64,000 bases of DNA. It comes from a bacterium. GTDB taxonomy: Bacteria > SAR324 > XYD2-FULL-50-16 > G965216635. Below the pieces are notes generated by a model. The model ran no database searches, had not been told where the DNA came from, and worked only from the letters and a program-made list of their open reading frames with translations. The DNA lies in assembly GCA_965216635.1 (NCBI GenBank), contig OZ244188.1, forward strand, positions 544,001-608,000, in the 5' to 3' direction. Shown here piece after piece: positions 49,301 through 59,344 of this stretch (within the stretch, counting starts at the first letter, position 1; each line of letters opens with the position of its first letter). A program made the translations under genes and the position numbers.

Positions 49301-51114
49301 TTGGAAATGGAATGCTACTCAGCAAGAAAATTTTACTCAAAGGAGCTTTTAACCATATCCATATTTTTATAGATCCTAACCCACCTAAAGATGATTCTGC
49401 TTGGAAGGAGAGAAAAAGACTTTTTGACACAACAGGCACCAGTTGGTTAGATTATAATAAAAAACTTATCAGTAAGGACGGAGGGATTTTTGAGAGAAGC
49501 TCTAAATCTATTGCTTTAAGTAAGGATTTAAAAGAAATGCTTGGAACAGAAAAATCTAAAGTGAGCGGTGAGGAATTAATTAGATTATTGCTTACTGCTA
49601 AAATTGATTTACTCTGGAATGGAGGAATTGGCACCTACATTAAATCAAAAAATCAAAGCCATGCAGATGTTAGTGACCCAAGTAATGATTCTGTGAGAGT
49701 AGATGCATCAGAGTTGCGAGCTAAAGTTATTGGAGAAGGCGGAAATCTTGGTTTAACCCAAAGTGCGAGGTTGGAATATTCACTCAGTGGAGGCAGAGTT
49801 AACGCAGATTCCATAGACAATTCTGCGGGTGTAAATATGTCGGATAACGAAGTGAATATTAAAATTATGCTAAGACAGTTGATGGAAAACAAGTTGATTA
49901 AAAACGAAAAAGAACGGGTTAAATTATTAGCAGATTTTACCGATGAAGTCACCGAATCCTGTCTTTTAAATAATCGTCACCAGAGCTATCTATTGAGTTT
50001 TTCTAAACTAGACGCTCAAAAAAACCTAGACTATTATATTGAACTCGTAGATTTTTTAGTGGAAAACAATCTTATAGATCCTCAAAAAGAAGAGCTACTC
50101 ACAGAAGAATTTATTTTAGAAAAGGGTTTGGGTATTCCTCGTCCTTATCTTTGTAGTCTTTTGAGTTATACAAAAATGTTTTTTTATAGAGAACTTTTGC
50201 CTTCTTTTCTGCCTGATGAAGATTATTGTCAAAAGTATCTTGTAGGATATTTTCCTGCTAGTATGGCGAAAAAATTTCCTCTTTTAAAATACAAGCACCA
50301 ACTTTATAGAGAAATAGTCACTACTGTTTTAATCAATAAAAATATCAACCAGTTTGGTATTCCTTTTCTTTATCTAATGAATAGATGGAGCAATCGCCCT
50401 TATGTTGTGATTATGCAGGCTTATATGATAGCCAACGATATTTTTGAAGCAGACCAAATTCGCGAATTCATTTTTACAAAACATGGAGGTAAAAATCTGC
50501 CAGATGCTTATAAATTGCTTTATAAATTGGAAACATTTCTTAAAGAAATTACTCTTTGGATTTTGCTGAATTTACCAACAGAAAAAATTAATTTTTCTTT
50601 GGTGAAACTTTATCAACCTTTATTGAAAAAAACCTATCTGTCTATTTTTCTTAACCAACAGGGCATTCAAAAAAATAGCAACGCAGAAAGCTTAAAAAAC
50701 ATTTTTGAGAATTTTGAAAACATAGAAACTCCATTGGAGACAGTTTATCTAATGCACAACCAAAAATTGAATCAAAAAGATGCAGAATATCTGTCTCAAG
50801 AAATAAGCCGTCTGTTAGGTCTTGTGATGGGAAAAAGGTTGACTACTATTAAACTCTCTTCTAACTACGGCAAACAACATATAGGTTTGTTATTACAAAA
50901 CCTCAATAGTCTAAAATGGGAAGTCTACGGTGTGGTATTAAAAAATTACAAGAAATTTTCGCAATTTAAAGGTGATTTTTTCCAATTCAAAGCTGGAGGT
51001 ATTTTAGAAAAAATCCATTCTAGCGAAGAATTTTTAGTAAAAAATTCTAAAGATACGGTTCATTTAGCAGCTATTCTTATAGAAGAAATAAAAGAACTAG
51101 TTGACAAAAAATAA
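46336..51114 (+). CDS. Large NAD-specific glutamate dehydrogenase
   Basis: GIHLRGGKIARGGLRFSDR, YLVVAADKGTA, AFASGGS, GIGDMGGDVFGNG and DNSAGV. Confidence 0.95.
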   Translation: MKKQQSLTNQGAERQKLIKQTLEQLKKSHKKGDVGFFVFCEKIVSEYSYTFLKNILKIEYFYNYHKDLYNKFVKSLDQKLYVRVSRDIGIKNEAYSNRLTAEVILKNRPFIVDSLQHYFLKKQYFNTIQLIHPVISVAKEGGKFSIVENGNPKETEKYCFVIIMLGCSYTQEKAMKTMQKEISTILESLIAATDDFSAVQNRLLNIAANHSITDGERGVQRHSLYQWIAKENMILLGLNSLVSSKIKANKSLEWKDFYKNQGLFAYNQQNNENRFLAELQEHLVSFKQSDLSVVFIESKHISDIHTSEPLVYIISREHEAKEERFYCLICLFTKASKLLDIMKIPLVSYKLMNIILEDDALKQDSYAYKTIRDFFNGFPKYECFRMEKDEIRILLNQSSFIWELSQIETVVYYLKNRNYARFVVYIPVDTLVNKDFGRITELVEACVEHPINKAYWFSYGGVVQCHFVFFLPCVHKDFSKINTAIIEGQVKLIFEEWEQSLVYAIDDNFSTSDASKNKARYQKVFDQVFQAAHRVKRATHDMSYFNELLDNNQESVDVIELKEDQSRIILYTDQIYLLSQILPKLQHLSLKVIKEDSYRLIIEGRTCRKHTYKVGHKKLGKEQRKVFKNNLSEALLALLQGRLANENLNGLITCAGFDFQQANLFTALKKYMYQLKFSIDSNLLDNIVLSEPELASSMMEYFEIKFQPTKDAQKNREEKLLKCKNKILEKISQLKTLTEDTIFRNFFNFMESMLRTNYYTRKIEEALAFKIECAKVLMMRNPKPLYEIFVYGVDMSGIHLRGGKIARGGLRFSDRKEDFRTEVLGLMSAQMLKNAVIVPEGSKGGFVIEEKFNTREQMFVVVEKHYRRFISALLSLTGNFAATYGEEKKVMRPESVICYDDYDPYLVVAADKGTAHLSDVANEISNAKGFWLGDAFASGGSIGYNHKEVGITAKGAWECVRIHFFELGLDIQNEHFSVVGIGDMGGDVFGNGMLLSKKILLKGAFNHIHIFIDPNPPKDDSAWKERKRLFDTTGTSWLDYNKKLISKDGGIFERSSKSIALSKDLKEMLGTEKSKVSGEELIRLLLTAKIDLLWNGGIGTYIKSKNQSHADVSDPSNDSVRVDASELRAKVIGEGGNLGLTQSARLEYSLSGGRVNADSIDNSAGVNMSDNEVNIKIMLRQLMENKLIKNEKERVKLLADFTDEVTESCLLNNRHQSYLLSFSKLDAQKNLDYYIELVDFLVENNLIDPQKEELLTEEFILEKGLGIPRPYLCSLLSYTKMFFYRELLPSFLPDEDYCQKYLVGYFPASMAKKFPLLKYKHQLYREIVTTVLINKNINQFGIPFLYLMNRWSNRPYVVIMQAYMIANDIFEADQIREFIFTKHGGKNLPDAYKLLYKLETFLKEITLWILLNLPTEKINFSLVKLYQPLLKKTYLSIFLNQQGIQKNSNAESLKNIFENFENIETPLETVYLMHNQKLNQKDAEYLSQEISRLLGLVMGKRLTTIKLSSNYGKQHIGLLLQNLNSLKWEVYGVVLKNYKKFSQFKGDFFQFKAGGILEKIHSSEEFLVKNSKDTVHLAAILIEEIKELVDKK

Positions 51115-51289
51115 GAGTTATATTTTGATTGCTTTAGAGCAATAAAATTTTTTTAAAAAACTTCAACCATAGAGGTGCTATTGACGGTAGCTTTAAGTAA
51201 AGTAATTAATCTAATTAGTAACAGGTAGCAGTATTTTTTTACTTGTTATTTTTTTAAAATTTCATATAGAAATTTTTATTTTTTAATCA

Positions 51290-51332
51290 TTATCTGATTC
51301 TAAGGTAATTCCGAATTGCCAGAGATAAAAGA
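51290..51332 (-). pseudogene. 3'-end remnant of a third pentapeptide-family gene
   Basis: Reverse strand reads LLSLAIRNYLRIR*, matching the C-termini of 53121-55010 and 55205-56824. Confidence 0.75.
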
Positions 51333-51362
51333 ACTACTGAATTAGCGTGTTCCATTGATAAA

Positions 51363-52040
51363 ATGAACGCAACTCTTTCAAAAATTATAAAGTCTTATAG
51401 CACAGACAAACACTCTCAGTATATTTCAGAGTTGCACAATCTTTCTAAGGATACGCTAATAGCTATTTTTACAGATTTGCTAACAACCTACGTAAACGAC
51501 AAAAATTCATCTACTCTTAGAGAATACTTAACTGTATCTATCGCAGGCTATACTCATAGTAGTAATAAAATTGGCTATAACGGATTTAAGCATAACACTT
51601 CTGGAAAGGCTATTTCCTGTGAAGCCAAACCTAAAAATTTTTATAGTCAAGATTTTGAAGACTATCAACTAGGAAACAGAAAATATATTAGAAAATTGAA
51701 TGGAGTAGGTGATTTTACAGATTATACTTGGAATCGTTTTGAGAAAGACAAGAAAGCAAAACCCCAGATGTTAATTAGCGGTTTTATAGACGGCAAACTA
51801 ATTTATTTGTTAGAGTTTCCTTTCTCCACTAAACCTTTTTTAATGAATTTAGAACAAAAATTAAAAAAAAAATTTCCTAAAGGAGATGAAATTAATAACT
51901 ATCTACGTTCAGCAAGTTTTGATTATAAAAATTTCATAGAAAGCAAAAAAGTCAAAATTATTTATTGTGATAAAAAAAATTTAGTAAAGAACAAAAAATT
52001 TTTCTTGCTTAAATTTTGGGAATATTTAAAAAAGTTTTAA
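51363..52040 (+). CDS. Putative type II restriction endonuclease
   Basis: E-x-K (CEAKPKN) nuclease-like motif; directly upstream of a DNA methyltransferase. Confidence 0.6.
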   Translation: MNATLSKIIKSYSTDKHSQYISELHNLSKDTLIAIFTDLLTTYVNDKNSSTLREYLTVSIAGYTHSSNKIGYNGFKHNTSGKAISCEAKPKNFYSQDFEDYQLGNRKYIRKLNGVGDFTDYTWNRFEKDKKAKPQMLISGFIDGKLIYLLEFPFSTKPFLMNLEQKLKKKFPKGDEINNYLRSASFDYKNFIESKKVKIIYCDKKNLVKNKKFFLLKFWEYLKKF

Positions 52041-52058
52041 AAATCTCCTAAAGGAATT

Positions 52059-52925
52059 ATGAAACAACTCATTTGTGCAGACACACTCACGGCTTTAAAA
52101 AAACTACCAGCTGATTCTATAGATTTAGGGATTACTTCACCTCCTTACAATAAACAGGAAAATAAGAAAGGCTGGTTAGTTCGTAATGTTGTCTATGAAA
52201 AAGCAAGTGATAAAAAGGAAGAAAAAATTTATCAAGAAGAGCAAATACAAGTCTTAAATCAACTATTCCGTATTACCAAGTCAGGATCTTCTTTTTTTTA
52301 TAATCATAAAATTCGCTGGGAAAAAGGAGAATTATTACATCCTATGAACTGGTTAATGAAAACGGATTGGTGTGTTAGGCAGGAAATTGTTTGGGACAGA
52401 AATCTTGCTGCAAACATACGAGGTTGGCGTTTTTGGCAAATAGAAGAGAGAATTTATTGGCTTTATAAACCGTTAAAAGATAATAAGATTGGAAAAGAAT
52501 TGCAATCAAAACACGCTAAACTAACTTCTATTTGGAGGTTTTCCCCTGAAAGAAACAATCCTCATCCTGCACCTTTTCCTTTGACTTTACCCTTAAGGAT
52601 TATTTTTTCTCTTTTAGAAAAACCATCGGAGGGAGAATTTTCTAAAAAATTAGTGTTAGATCCTTATTGTGGGAGCGGTACAACTTTAGTGGCAGCAAAA
52701 CTTATTGGACATAATTTCAGTGGCATAGATATTTCTGAAAATTATTTAAAACAAACCCAAAAGAGGTTAGACAATTTTGTAGAAGAATCTGGAGCATGGT
52801 TAAAAGAAAAAGAGTTACATATCGTAAAAGATACTTTTAAAAACAAGAAAAAAAAGCAGAAATTTGTTGGAAACTATTCTAGTCAAACCAGACAAAAGAT
52901 AATAAACACAGAGACTTTGTTTTAG
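52059..52925 (+). CDS. Site-specific DNA methyltransferase (N4/N6, beta class)
   Basis: TSPPY precedes HPAPFP and VLDPYCGSGTT. Confidence 0.93.
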   Translation: MKQLICADTLTALKKLPADSIDLGITSPPYNKQENKKGWLVRNVVYEKASDKKEEKIYQEEQIQVLNQLFRITKSGSSFFYNHKIRWEKGELLHPMNWLMKTDWCVRQEIVWDRNLAANIRGWRFWQIEERIYWLYKPLKDNKIGKELQSKHAKLTSIWRFSPERNNPHPAPFPLTLPLRIIFSLLEKPSEGEFSKKLVLDPYCGSGTTLVAAKLIGHNFSGIDISENYLKQTQKRLDNFVEESGAWLKEKELHIVKDTFKNKKKKQKFVGNYSSQTRQKIINTETLF

Positions 52926-52957
52926 TGAGTTATGTTTTATAAAAATTATTATTTTAT

Positions 52958-53044
52958 AGGAATGAAATTTATTATCAAACTTTTTGTTTTTTCTGTAGTG
53001 CTAGATAGATTTGATAAAGCGCAGTTGGGTATTGTTTTTTTTGC
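52958..53044 (-). repeat. Copy of the rsgA 3' end (87 bp)
   Basis: Near-identical to 56990-57076 and 55042-55128. Confidence 0.92.
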
Positions 53045-53120
53045 CTTGTCTAGCCTTTCTATAATGCCTGATTCTAAATATTTTTAGACATTCTAGTTCG
53101 GCTATACTACGGTTCAAAAA

Positions 53121-55010
53121 TTATCTAATTCTAAAATAATTCCGAATTGCCAGAGAAAAAAGAAAAAGCATTACTATAGAAAACAGGCTGTGTATAGAAA
53201 AAAGCCAAATATAAGGATTTGATATTCCTTGCATTCCAAAATAATTATCAAAAATAGATTGAGTTTTTTCTGAAAACCTATTTATAAAAGGTATAGCATT
53301 GGTTGCAGAAACAGTGAGAGCATCCCAAAAATTAAAATTATATTTACTACAATAGGATAAAAATCCTGAAAGACCTAAAATAGAGATTGATAGCCAAAAC
53401 AAAGGAAGCCAAGCACTTCTACCGTAATCCGCTAACCCCCAATAGAGAAAAATTAAGCCCTGTTGTAACAATTTTAATAAAAAATTTTTATTTTCAAAGT
53501 TGATACGACTATTCATAAGTCTTTCCAAAACAAACAAATCAACCTCAAAATCGTGTTCGTTAATCTGTCCCGCTAGTTTTCTTAAGTTTCTCACTCGCGT
53601 AAGTTTTTTAGAATCTATGTTTTTCCCATAAAGATAGCGAGTTTGCGGTGTTTTGCTAAGAATCAGTTTAGTTCTAGTGAAATTTAATAAATCTGGATTG
53701 TATTCTGCTTCAGAAGAAAAAGCAGGAGGATAATAAAATTGAGCATCAATAAAACTCGTATCTCCAAAAAATTTTCTCCTATGAAAAGTAGTCTTTTTTT
53801 TAAAAATAGCTTTTTCAAAATTCAATTCAGCATACATATCTTTTTCTTTTGAATTGCTTTCTTTTGTTGGAAAAGTAAAATAGCTATTGTCTTCAAAAGT
53901 TGTCCCTGAAAAATCTATTTTTTTATCAACTGATGTTTTAAAAAATGTTTGTTCAAAATATGATTCACCTTTAAAAGTAGCCTCTTTAAAATTTGTTTGC
54001 CATCGGAATTCAGCACGATTAAAATTGGCTGTTTTTTTAAAAGTAACATTTTCAAAATCTAAATAGAGAACTTTATCCGCATAACTATTTTCAAATTTTG
54101 CTTTTTCAAAATTAGTATATTCACAAAAATTAGCATTTTTAAAAAAAGTAGCACCTTCAAATTCTACGTGACAGAAATCAGCTTTTCCTTTGAATTCTGC
54201 GTTATTAAAATCAGCTTTGTTTTTAAATATTGTATTTTTATATGGAGTTTCTATGGTATTAAGTTTCGTTCGAGCAAATGAAGTTTCACCAATAACGGGT
54301 TTTTCTGTGAAAAAAAAATCTCCTCCGAATGTACTGCCATCAAAATAAATATTATCTTGAAATTTACTATCTTTAAAATTTATTTCTTCCTTGAATATTG
54401 ACAGAGTAAATATTGTTCGCTGTTGAAAAATAGTTTTTTTAAAATCAGCAGTTTTTAAAAATTTTGTATCACGAAATAATGCCATATGTTTAAAAGTAGC
54501 ATTTTCAAAATTTGCTTCATTCTCAAAAATAGCTTTTCCAAAATTCGTTTCATCTTCAAAAGTAGTGTTTTCAAAATCCACTTTTTTTTTAAAAGTAGAT
54601 AAGCCAAAATTAACTTTGTCTGTAAAAATAGTGTTTTCAAAATTTGTAGAATCTTTAAAAGTAGCATTTTTAAAATTTGCTTCATTCTCAAAAATAGCAT
54701 TTTCAAAATTTATATTAGGGAACTCCAGATTTGAAAAATCGCAGTCATTTTTTTCAAAAATGCAACCAGAAAAATCTATAGAAAAATCTTCATCTTCTGT
54801 AAGACAAAATTCTATAAAATTATTCCATAATTCCACATCATTTTGTTTTGTGAGATTTTTTAAATTTAAAAACCATTCTTGGTGTGTTGTTATATTAACA
54901 AATGATGAATAGCTTAGATAAAGAGGATTGTCGAAATAACTAAAACAGTTACTAAGCAAGGTAGGGTTGTATTTTTCAGCAATGGTAGAAAGTTTTTCTG
55001 GAAGTTTCAT
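53121..55010 (-). CDS. Pentapeptide-repeat protein with C-terminal membrane domain
   Basis: Many F..A.F repeats; ADYGRSA followed by TM helices. Confidence 0.88.
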   Translation of the reverse strand: MKLPEKLSTIAEKYNPTLLSNCFSYFDNPLYLSYSSFVNITTHQEWFLNLKNLTKQNDVELWNNFIEFCLTEDEDFSIDFSGCIFEKNDCDFSNLEFPNINFENAIFENEANFKNATFKDSTNFENTIFTDKVNFGLSTFKKKVDFENTTFEDETNFGKAIFENEANFENATFKHMALFRDTKFLKTADFKKTIFQQRTIFTLSIFKEEINFKDSKFQDNIYFDGSTFGGDFFFTEKPVIGETSFARTKLNTIETPYKNTIFKNKADFNNAEFKGKADFCHVEFEGATFFKNANFCEYTNFEKAKFENSYADKVLYLDFENVTFKKTANFNRAEFRWQTNFKEATFKGESYFEQTFFKTSVDKKIDFSGTTFEDNSYFTFPTKESNSKEKDMYAELNFEKAIFKKKTTFHRRKFFGDTSFIDAQFYYPPAFSSEAEYNPDLLNFTRTKLILSKTPQTRYLYGKNIDSKKLTRVRNLRKLAGQINEHDFEVDLFVLERLMNSRINFENKNFLLKLLQQGLIFLYWGLADYGRSAWLPLFWLSISILGLSGFLSYCSKYNFNFWDALTVSATNAIPFINRFSEKTQSIFDNYFGMQGISNPYIWLFSIHSLFSIVMLFLFSLAIRNYFRIR

Positions 55011-55041
55011 AAGTTATGTTTTATAAAAATTATTATTTTAT

Positions 55042-55128
55042 AGGAATGAGATTTATTATCAAACTTTTTGTTTTTTCTGTAGTGCTAGATAGATTTGATA
55101 AAGTCAGGTTGGGTATTGTTTTTTTTGC
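55042..55128 (-). repeat. Copy of the rsgA 3' end (87 bp)
   Basis: Near-identical to 56990-57076. Confidence 0.92.
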
Positions 55129-55204
55129 CTTGTCTAGCCTTCCTATAATGCCTAATTCTAAATATTTTTAGACATTCTAGTTCGGCTATACTACGGTTCA
55201 AAAA

Positions 55205-56824
55205 TTATCTAATTCTAAGATAATTCCGAATTGCCAAAGAAAAAAGAAAAATCATCACTATAGAAAATATACTATGTATAGAAAAAATCCAGATATAAAG
55301 TTTTGATATTTCTTGTATTCTAAAATAATTATTAGAAATAGATTGAGTTTTTTCTGCAAACATATTTACAAAAGGTATAGCGTTATTAAAGACAACAATG
55401 AGTGCATCACAAAAATCAAATTTATATTTACTTTCACAGGATAGAATAACTGAAAGACCTAAAATTGAGCTAACCCACCAAATAAAAGGACGGAAAGCAC
55501 TTCTACCGTAATCTGCGAAAACCCAATAGAGAAAAATTAAAATTTTTCTTGGAATAAATTTAGTTAATTTTCTTCTTAATATAAACAACTTAATCTCTAA
55601 ATCATCCTCGTAATTTTGGTGAGCAATTTTCTCTAAAATAATAAGAAGTTTTTTAGGGTTTTCGCTGAGGCACTCTTTTGGATTAGGAAGTTTTATTTTA
55701 TAAAAATCTAAATAATTTAGGTTGTATTCTTTCTCAGCAGAAAATTTTGGTAAATAATTGGTAAATTTAGCTCCATTGAAGCTGATATCACTTGTAAAGT
55801 TTCTTCTACGGAAATCAACTTCCTTTGTAAAAAGAGTTTTCCTAAAACACAAATCAGAGCTTGCTGACTTGTCCGTTTTAAAAGCAGCAAAAGTAACATT
55901 CCCTTTAAATTTTGCTTTTGAAAAATCTATCGTACCATATTCTCCAACTTTAAAATTTGTATCATTAAAATAAGTATCTCCTATAAAGCGAGTATCTTTA
56001 AATTCTGCAGGTTGTTTAAATTCAGCAAATTCAAAGTTGGCTAGTTTTTTAAAAACAACATTTTTAAAATTTAAATATTCATTTTCTTGCCAAATAAAAT
56101 TTTTAAATTTTGTTTCTGCAAAACTAGTGTATTCACAAAAAATAGCATGTTCAAAAGAAGTATATCCATTAAACTCTGCTTTTTTAAAAAAAGTCATGCC
56201 TTCAAATTTTGCCTCACTAAAATCAACTGTTGATTCAAATTTTGTCTCCGAAAATGTAGCTTTTCCAAGAACAGGTTTTTTTGTGAAAATAAATTTATTT
56301 TTAATTTTGCCATAACTAAAATCAATATTGTCTTTAAAATCACTCTCCTCAAAATAAAATTCACCCTCAATTTTTATTTTTCTAAAATTTGCAAAATTTT
56401 TAAATTTTGCTTTTTCAAAATCTACATTTTTTTCAAAATTTGTTTCTTGAAAAACAATTGTATTTTGAAAAGTGGTATTTTTAAAATTTGCTTCATCTTG
56501 AAAAGAGGCCTGTCTGAATGTTGTTTTACAAAAAATAAGATTTGAAAAATCACATTTTCCTTGTTCAAAAAGTTGATTTTCAAATTTTATTTCTAAAGTA
56601 CTATGACTATCATTATGATATTTTATAAATTCATTCCACAAACGTATATTGTTTTGTTTTGCTAATTCTTTTAATTTCAAAAACCAATCAGAATTGGTTG
56701 TTTTTTTAGAAAGTTCTTTTTTTGCAAAACTAAATTTAGAAAATTTAGGGTTTTTGATAAAATTTTCAAATCGTTGATTAAGTGATTCAGGTTCACTATT
56801 ATGATTTTTAAAAAGATCATTCAT
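55205..56824 (-). CDS. Pentapeptide-repeat protein with C-terminal membrane domain (paralog)
   Basis: Same architecture; C-terminus strongly similar to 53121-55010. Confidence 0.88.
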   Translation of the reverse strand: MNDLFKNHNSEPESLNQRFENFIKNPKFSKFSFAKKELSKKTTNSDWFLKLKELAKQNNIRLWNEFIKYHNDSHSTLEIKFENQLFEQGKCDFSNLIFCKTTFRQASFQDEANFKNTTFQNTIVFQETNFEKNVDFEKAKFKNFANFRKIKIEGEFYFEESDFKDNIDFSYGKIKNKFIFTKKPVLGKATFSETKFESTVDFSEAKFEGMTFFKKAEFNGYTSFEHAIFCEYTSFAETKFKNFIWQENEYLNFKNVVFKKLANFEFAEFKQPAEFKDTRFIGDTYFNDTNFKVGEYGTIDFSKAKFKGNVTFAAFKTDKSASSDLCFRKTLFTKEVDFRRRNFTSDISFNGAKFTNYLPKFSAEKEYNLNYLDFYKIKLPNPKECLSENPKKLLIILEKIAHQNYEDDLEIKLFILRRKLTKFIPRKILIFLYWVFADYGRSAFRPFIWWVSSILGLSVILSCESKYKFDFCDALIVVFNNAIPFVNMFAEKTQSISNNYFRIQEISKLYIWIFSIHSIFSIVMIFLFSLAIRNYLRIR

Positions 56825-57006
56825 AAGTTTAATAGAATATTTACAAACTAGAGTAGTTATTGTTTTTTAAGAAATTCAATTTTTGAGATTTTTTAGTAAT
56901 TATAGCACAATGAAATTGATAAGCAAAATTTTTGATATTTTTTTATGAAGTTGCCCGTCTTAAAAAGTGTTAGGCTATGTGTATAGCAAAGGAATGAAAT
57001 TTATTA

Positions 57007-57888
57007 TCAAACTTTTTGTTTTTTCTGTAGTGCTAGATAGATTTGATAAAGCGCGGTCGGGTATTGTTTTTTTTGCACGGCTTGTATGATAGCGCAACGA
57101 GGCTCTGCTTGGTGTAGACAATTTTTGTAATGGCATTTTGCAGGCAATTCTTTAAAATGAAAAAAATTTTTTGCGAGATGCAATTTGTCTAGTTCATAAA
57201 AAACAAATTCTTTAATACCTGGGCTGTCTGCTATGAGGCTGTTTTTATTTTTAAGATAAAGTTCAGTTTTTGTAGTGGTATGTTTTCCTTGTAGAGATTT
57301 TTGCAGACTTGCCACTTTTAAATCCATTTCTGGAAACAGACTATTGAGCAGACTAGATTTCCCTACTCCAGATTGTCCGAAAAAAGCAGAGACTTTGTTT
57401 TTTAGTGTTTTTTGTATGGCTGGTATAGAGTCTTTTTGATAAATACTAAACTTTAGGATCTCTATGCCTGTTTGCTTATAAAAATTGTGGTGAAAAAGGC
57501 ATTCTTTTTCTGTTATTAGGTCTGACTTTGTTAAAATAAAAACAGGCTTAATTTTCTCTTTTTGGATAGCATAAGCAGTACCTAAGGCAAATTCGTAGTT
57601 TGGGGAATGTAGAGAATCTAAAATAAAAATTTGATCCAAATTGGCAAATAATACATGAGGTCTATCTTGTCTTAATCTTATCAATTGATTTTTTCTAGGT
57701 TCTATTTTTGTAATCCAACCATTTTTTTGGAAAGTCACAATATCTCCTACCGCAGGTTGTTTTTGTCCATCTTTTTGCTGGAACAATCTTGCTCTTATTT
57801 TGCACTGGTAATTTTTTTTTCGAGCATCTAGTATGTAATAAAAGCCTTTGATTTTTTTTAAAATAATTCCTTTATTTTCTTCAAGCAT
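57007..57888 (-). CDS. rsgA: Ribosome small subunit-dependent GTPase A
   Basis: VGDIV, TKSD, GQSGVGKSS, GKHTTT, DSPG and C....C.H..EP.C. Confidence 0.95.
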   Translation of the reverse strand: MLEENKGIILKKIKGFYYILDARKKNYQCKIRARLFQQKDGQKQPAVGDIVTFQKNGWITKIEPRKNQLIRLRQDRPHVLFANLDQIFILDSLHSPNYEFALGTAYAIQKEKIKPVFILTKSDLITEKECLFHHNFYKQTGIEILKFSIYQKDSIPAIQKTLKNKVSAFFGQSGVGKSSLLNSLFPEMDLKVASLQKSLQGKHTTTKTELYLKNKNSLIADSPGIKEFVFYELDKLHLAKNFFHFKELPAKCHYKNCLHQAEPRCAIIQAVQKKQYPTALYQIYLALQKKQKV

Positions 57889-57972
57889 AAATTTTTATTG
57901 CTATAATTTTTAAAACTTGCTTAAATTATGCTTTAATTCAAAAAAACTTTCAATCAATTAGAAATTTTTATA

Positions 57973-59184
57973 ATGGATTTAGAAAAGACTATACTAGTAG
58001 TGGACGACGAAATAGAGATGCGTATTGCTCTACAAAAATCGCTAGAAAAATGCGGTTATGAAGTAGAACTTGCTCATAATGTAGAAACCGCTTTGACTAA
58101 ATTAGTAGCCAGTAGCTACGATCTTGTATTGACAGATATGACTATGCCGAAACAAAGTGGTATGGAAATTCTTAAGTATATTCAAAAAGAACAGCTTAGT
58201 TTACCCGTTATTATGATTACTGCTCACGGCACGATTGCCATAGCAGTAGAGGCTATGAAAAAAGGTGCTTTTGATTTTGTAGAAAAACCTTTTAATTTTG
58301 ATACACTCATTTTTTTGGTAGAACGTGCTTTATTAGATACTGCTAACCGCAAAGAGGTAGAAAAAAAAAACACAACTTCCTTCAAAGCTACTAATCAAAT
58401 TGTGGCAAATAATGATTCTATCTATCGCGAAATTATCACCCATAACAAAGATTTTGAAAAAATTTTAGAGATGACAAAAACTGTGGCTGATACAAATTCT
58501 ACAGTTCTCATTGAAGCTGAAAGTGGTACGGGAAAGGAGTTATTAGCCCGCTATTTGCATTTTTATTCTTCCAGAAAAAATGAACCTTTTGTTGCAGTGA
58601 ACTGTGCTGCTCTTCCAGACACGCTTTTAGAAAGCGAGCTTTTCGGACACAAAAAAGGCTCTTTTACTGGAGCTATTAACGACTACAAAGGAAAATTTGA
58701 ACAAGCCAATGCAGGTACTATACTTTTAGATGAAGTGAGTGAAATGGACGCCTCTTTGCAGTCAAAACTTTTGAGAGTAATCCAAGAAAAACAGATTGTT
58801 CGTTTGGGAGATAGTAAAGAAATCAATTTAGATGTTCGCATTATTGCAACGACTAACCTCAATTTGAAGGAATGTGTAGAAAAAGGTAATTTTAGAGAAG
58901 ACCTTTATTTTCGTTTGAATGTTATTCCTCTGACGATACCACCGCTAAGAGATAGGAAGGATGATTTGGAACTTTTAATAGATCATTTTATAGAAAAATA
59001 TGGCGAACAAAATCAAAAGTTTCCTTTAGAATTAGCAGCAGACGCTAAAAAAATATTAACCCATTACCACTGGAGAGGTAATGTTAGAGAATTAGAAAAT
59101 GTGATTGAAAGAGCAGTGATTTTGAGTGATGGGAAAAATATCACTGCTGAAAATTTGCTTTTGTTTTCGGAAAATAAAAAATAA
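57973..59184 (+). CDS. Sigma-54-dependent response regulator (FlrC/FleR-like, no obvious C-terminal HTH)
   Basis: Receiver domain, ESGTGKE, ELFGHKKGSFTGA, FREDLYFRL and W.GNVREL. Confidence 0.92.
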   Translation: MDLEKTILVVDDEIEMRIALQKSLEKCGYEVELAHNVETALTKLVASSYDLVLTDMTMPKQSGMEILKYIQKEQLSLPVIMITAHGTIAIAVEAMKKGAFDFVEKPFNFDTLIFLVERALLDTANRKEVEKKNTTSFKATNQIVANNDSIYREIITHNKDFEKILEMTKTVADTNSTVLIEAESGTGKELLARYLHFYSSRKNEPFVAVNCAALPDTLLESELFGHKKGSFTGAINDYKGKFEQANAGTILLDEVSEMDASLQSKLLRVIQEKQIVRLGDSKEINLDVRIIATTNLNLKECVEKGNFREDLYFRLNVIPLTIPPLRDRKDDLELLIDHFIEKYGEQNQKFPLELAADAKKILTHYHWRGNVRELENVIERAVILSDGKNITAENLLLFSENKK

Positions 59185-59344
59185 TTCTTATGAAGAAAAA
59201 AGCAGTAATTCAGTAGCAAGATTTTGAAAAAATAAACTTCAGAGTAGGCACGATCACAAGAATCAATTTTTTTCTTTAAAGGAAATCCATCACAACACTA
59301 ATGCAAAGGTTTCTTTGTTTATAGAAAAATAAACTGCAGACTAT

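Noticed and set aside
53121..56824. Diversity-generating retroelement (similar 3' ends of paralogs)
   Set aside because: No reverse transcriptase is present in the window, and the similarity extends into flanking DNA, consistent with tandem duplication.
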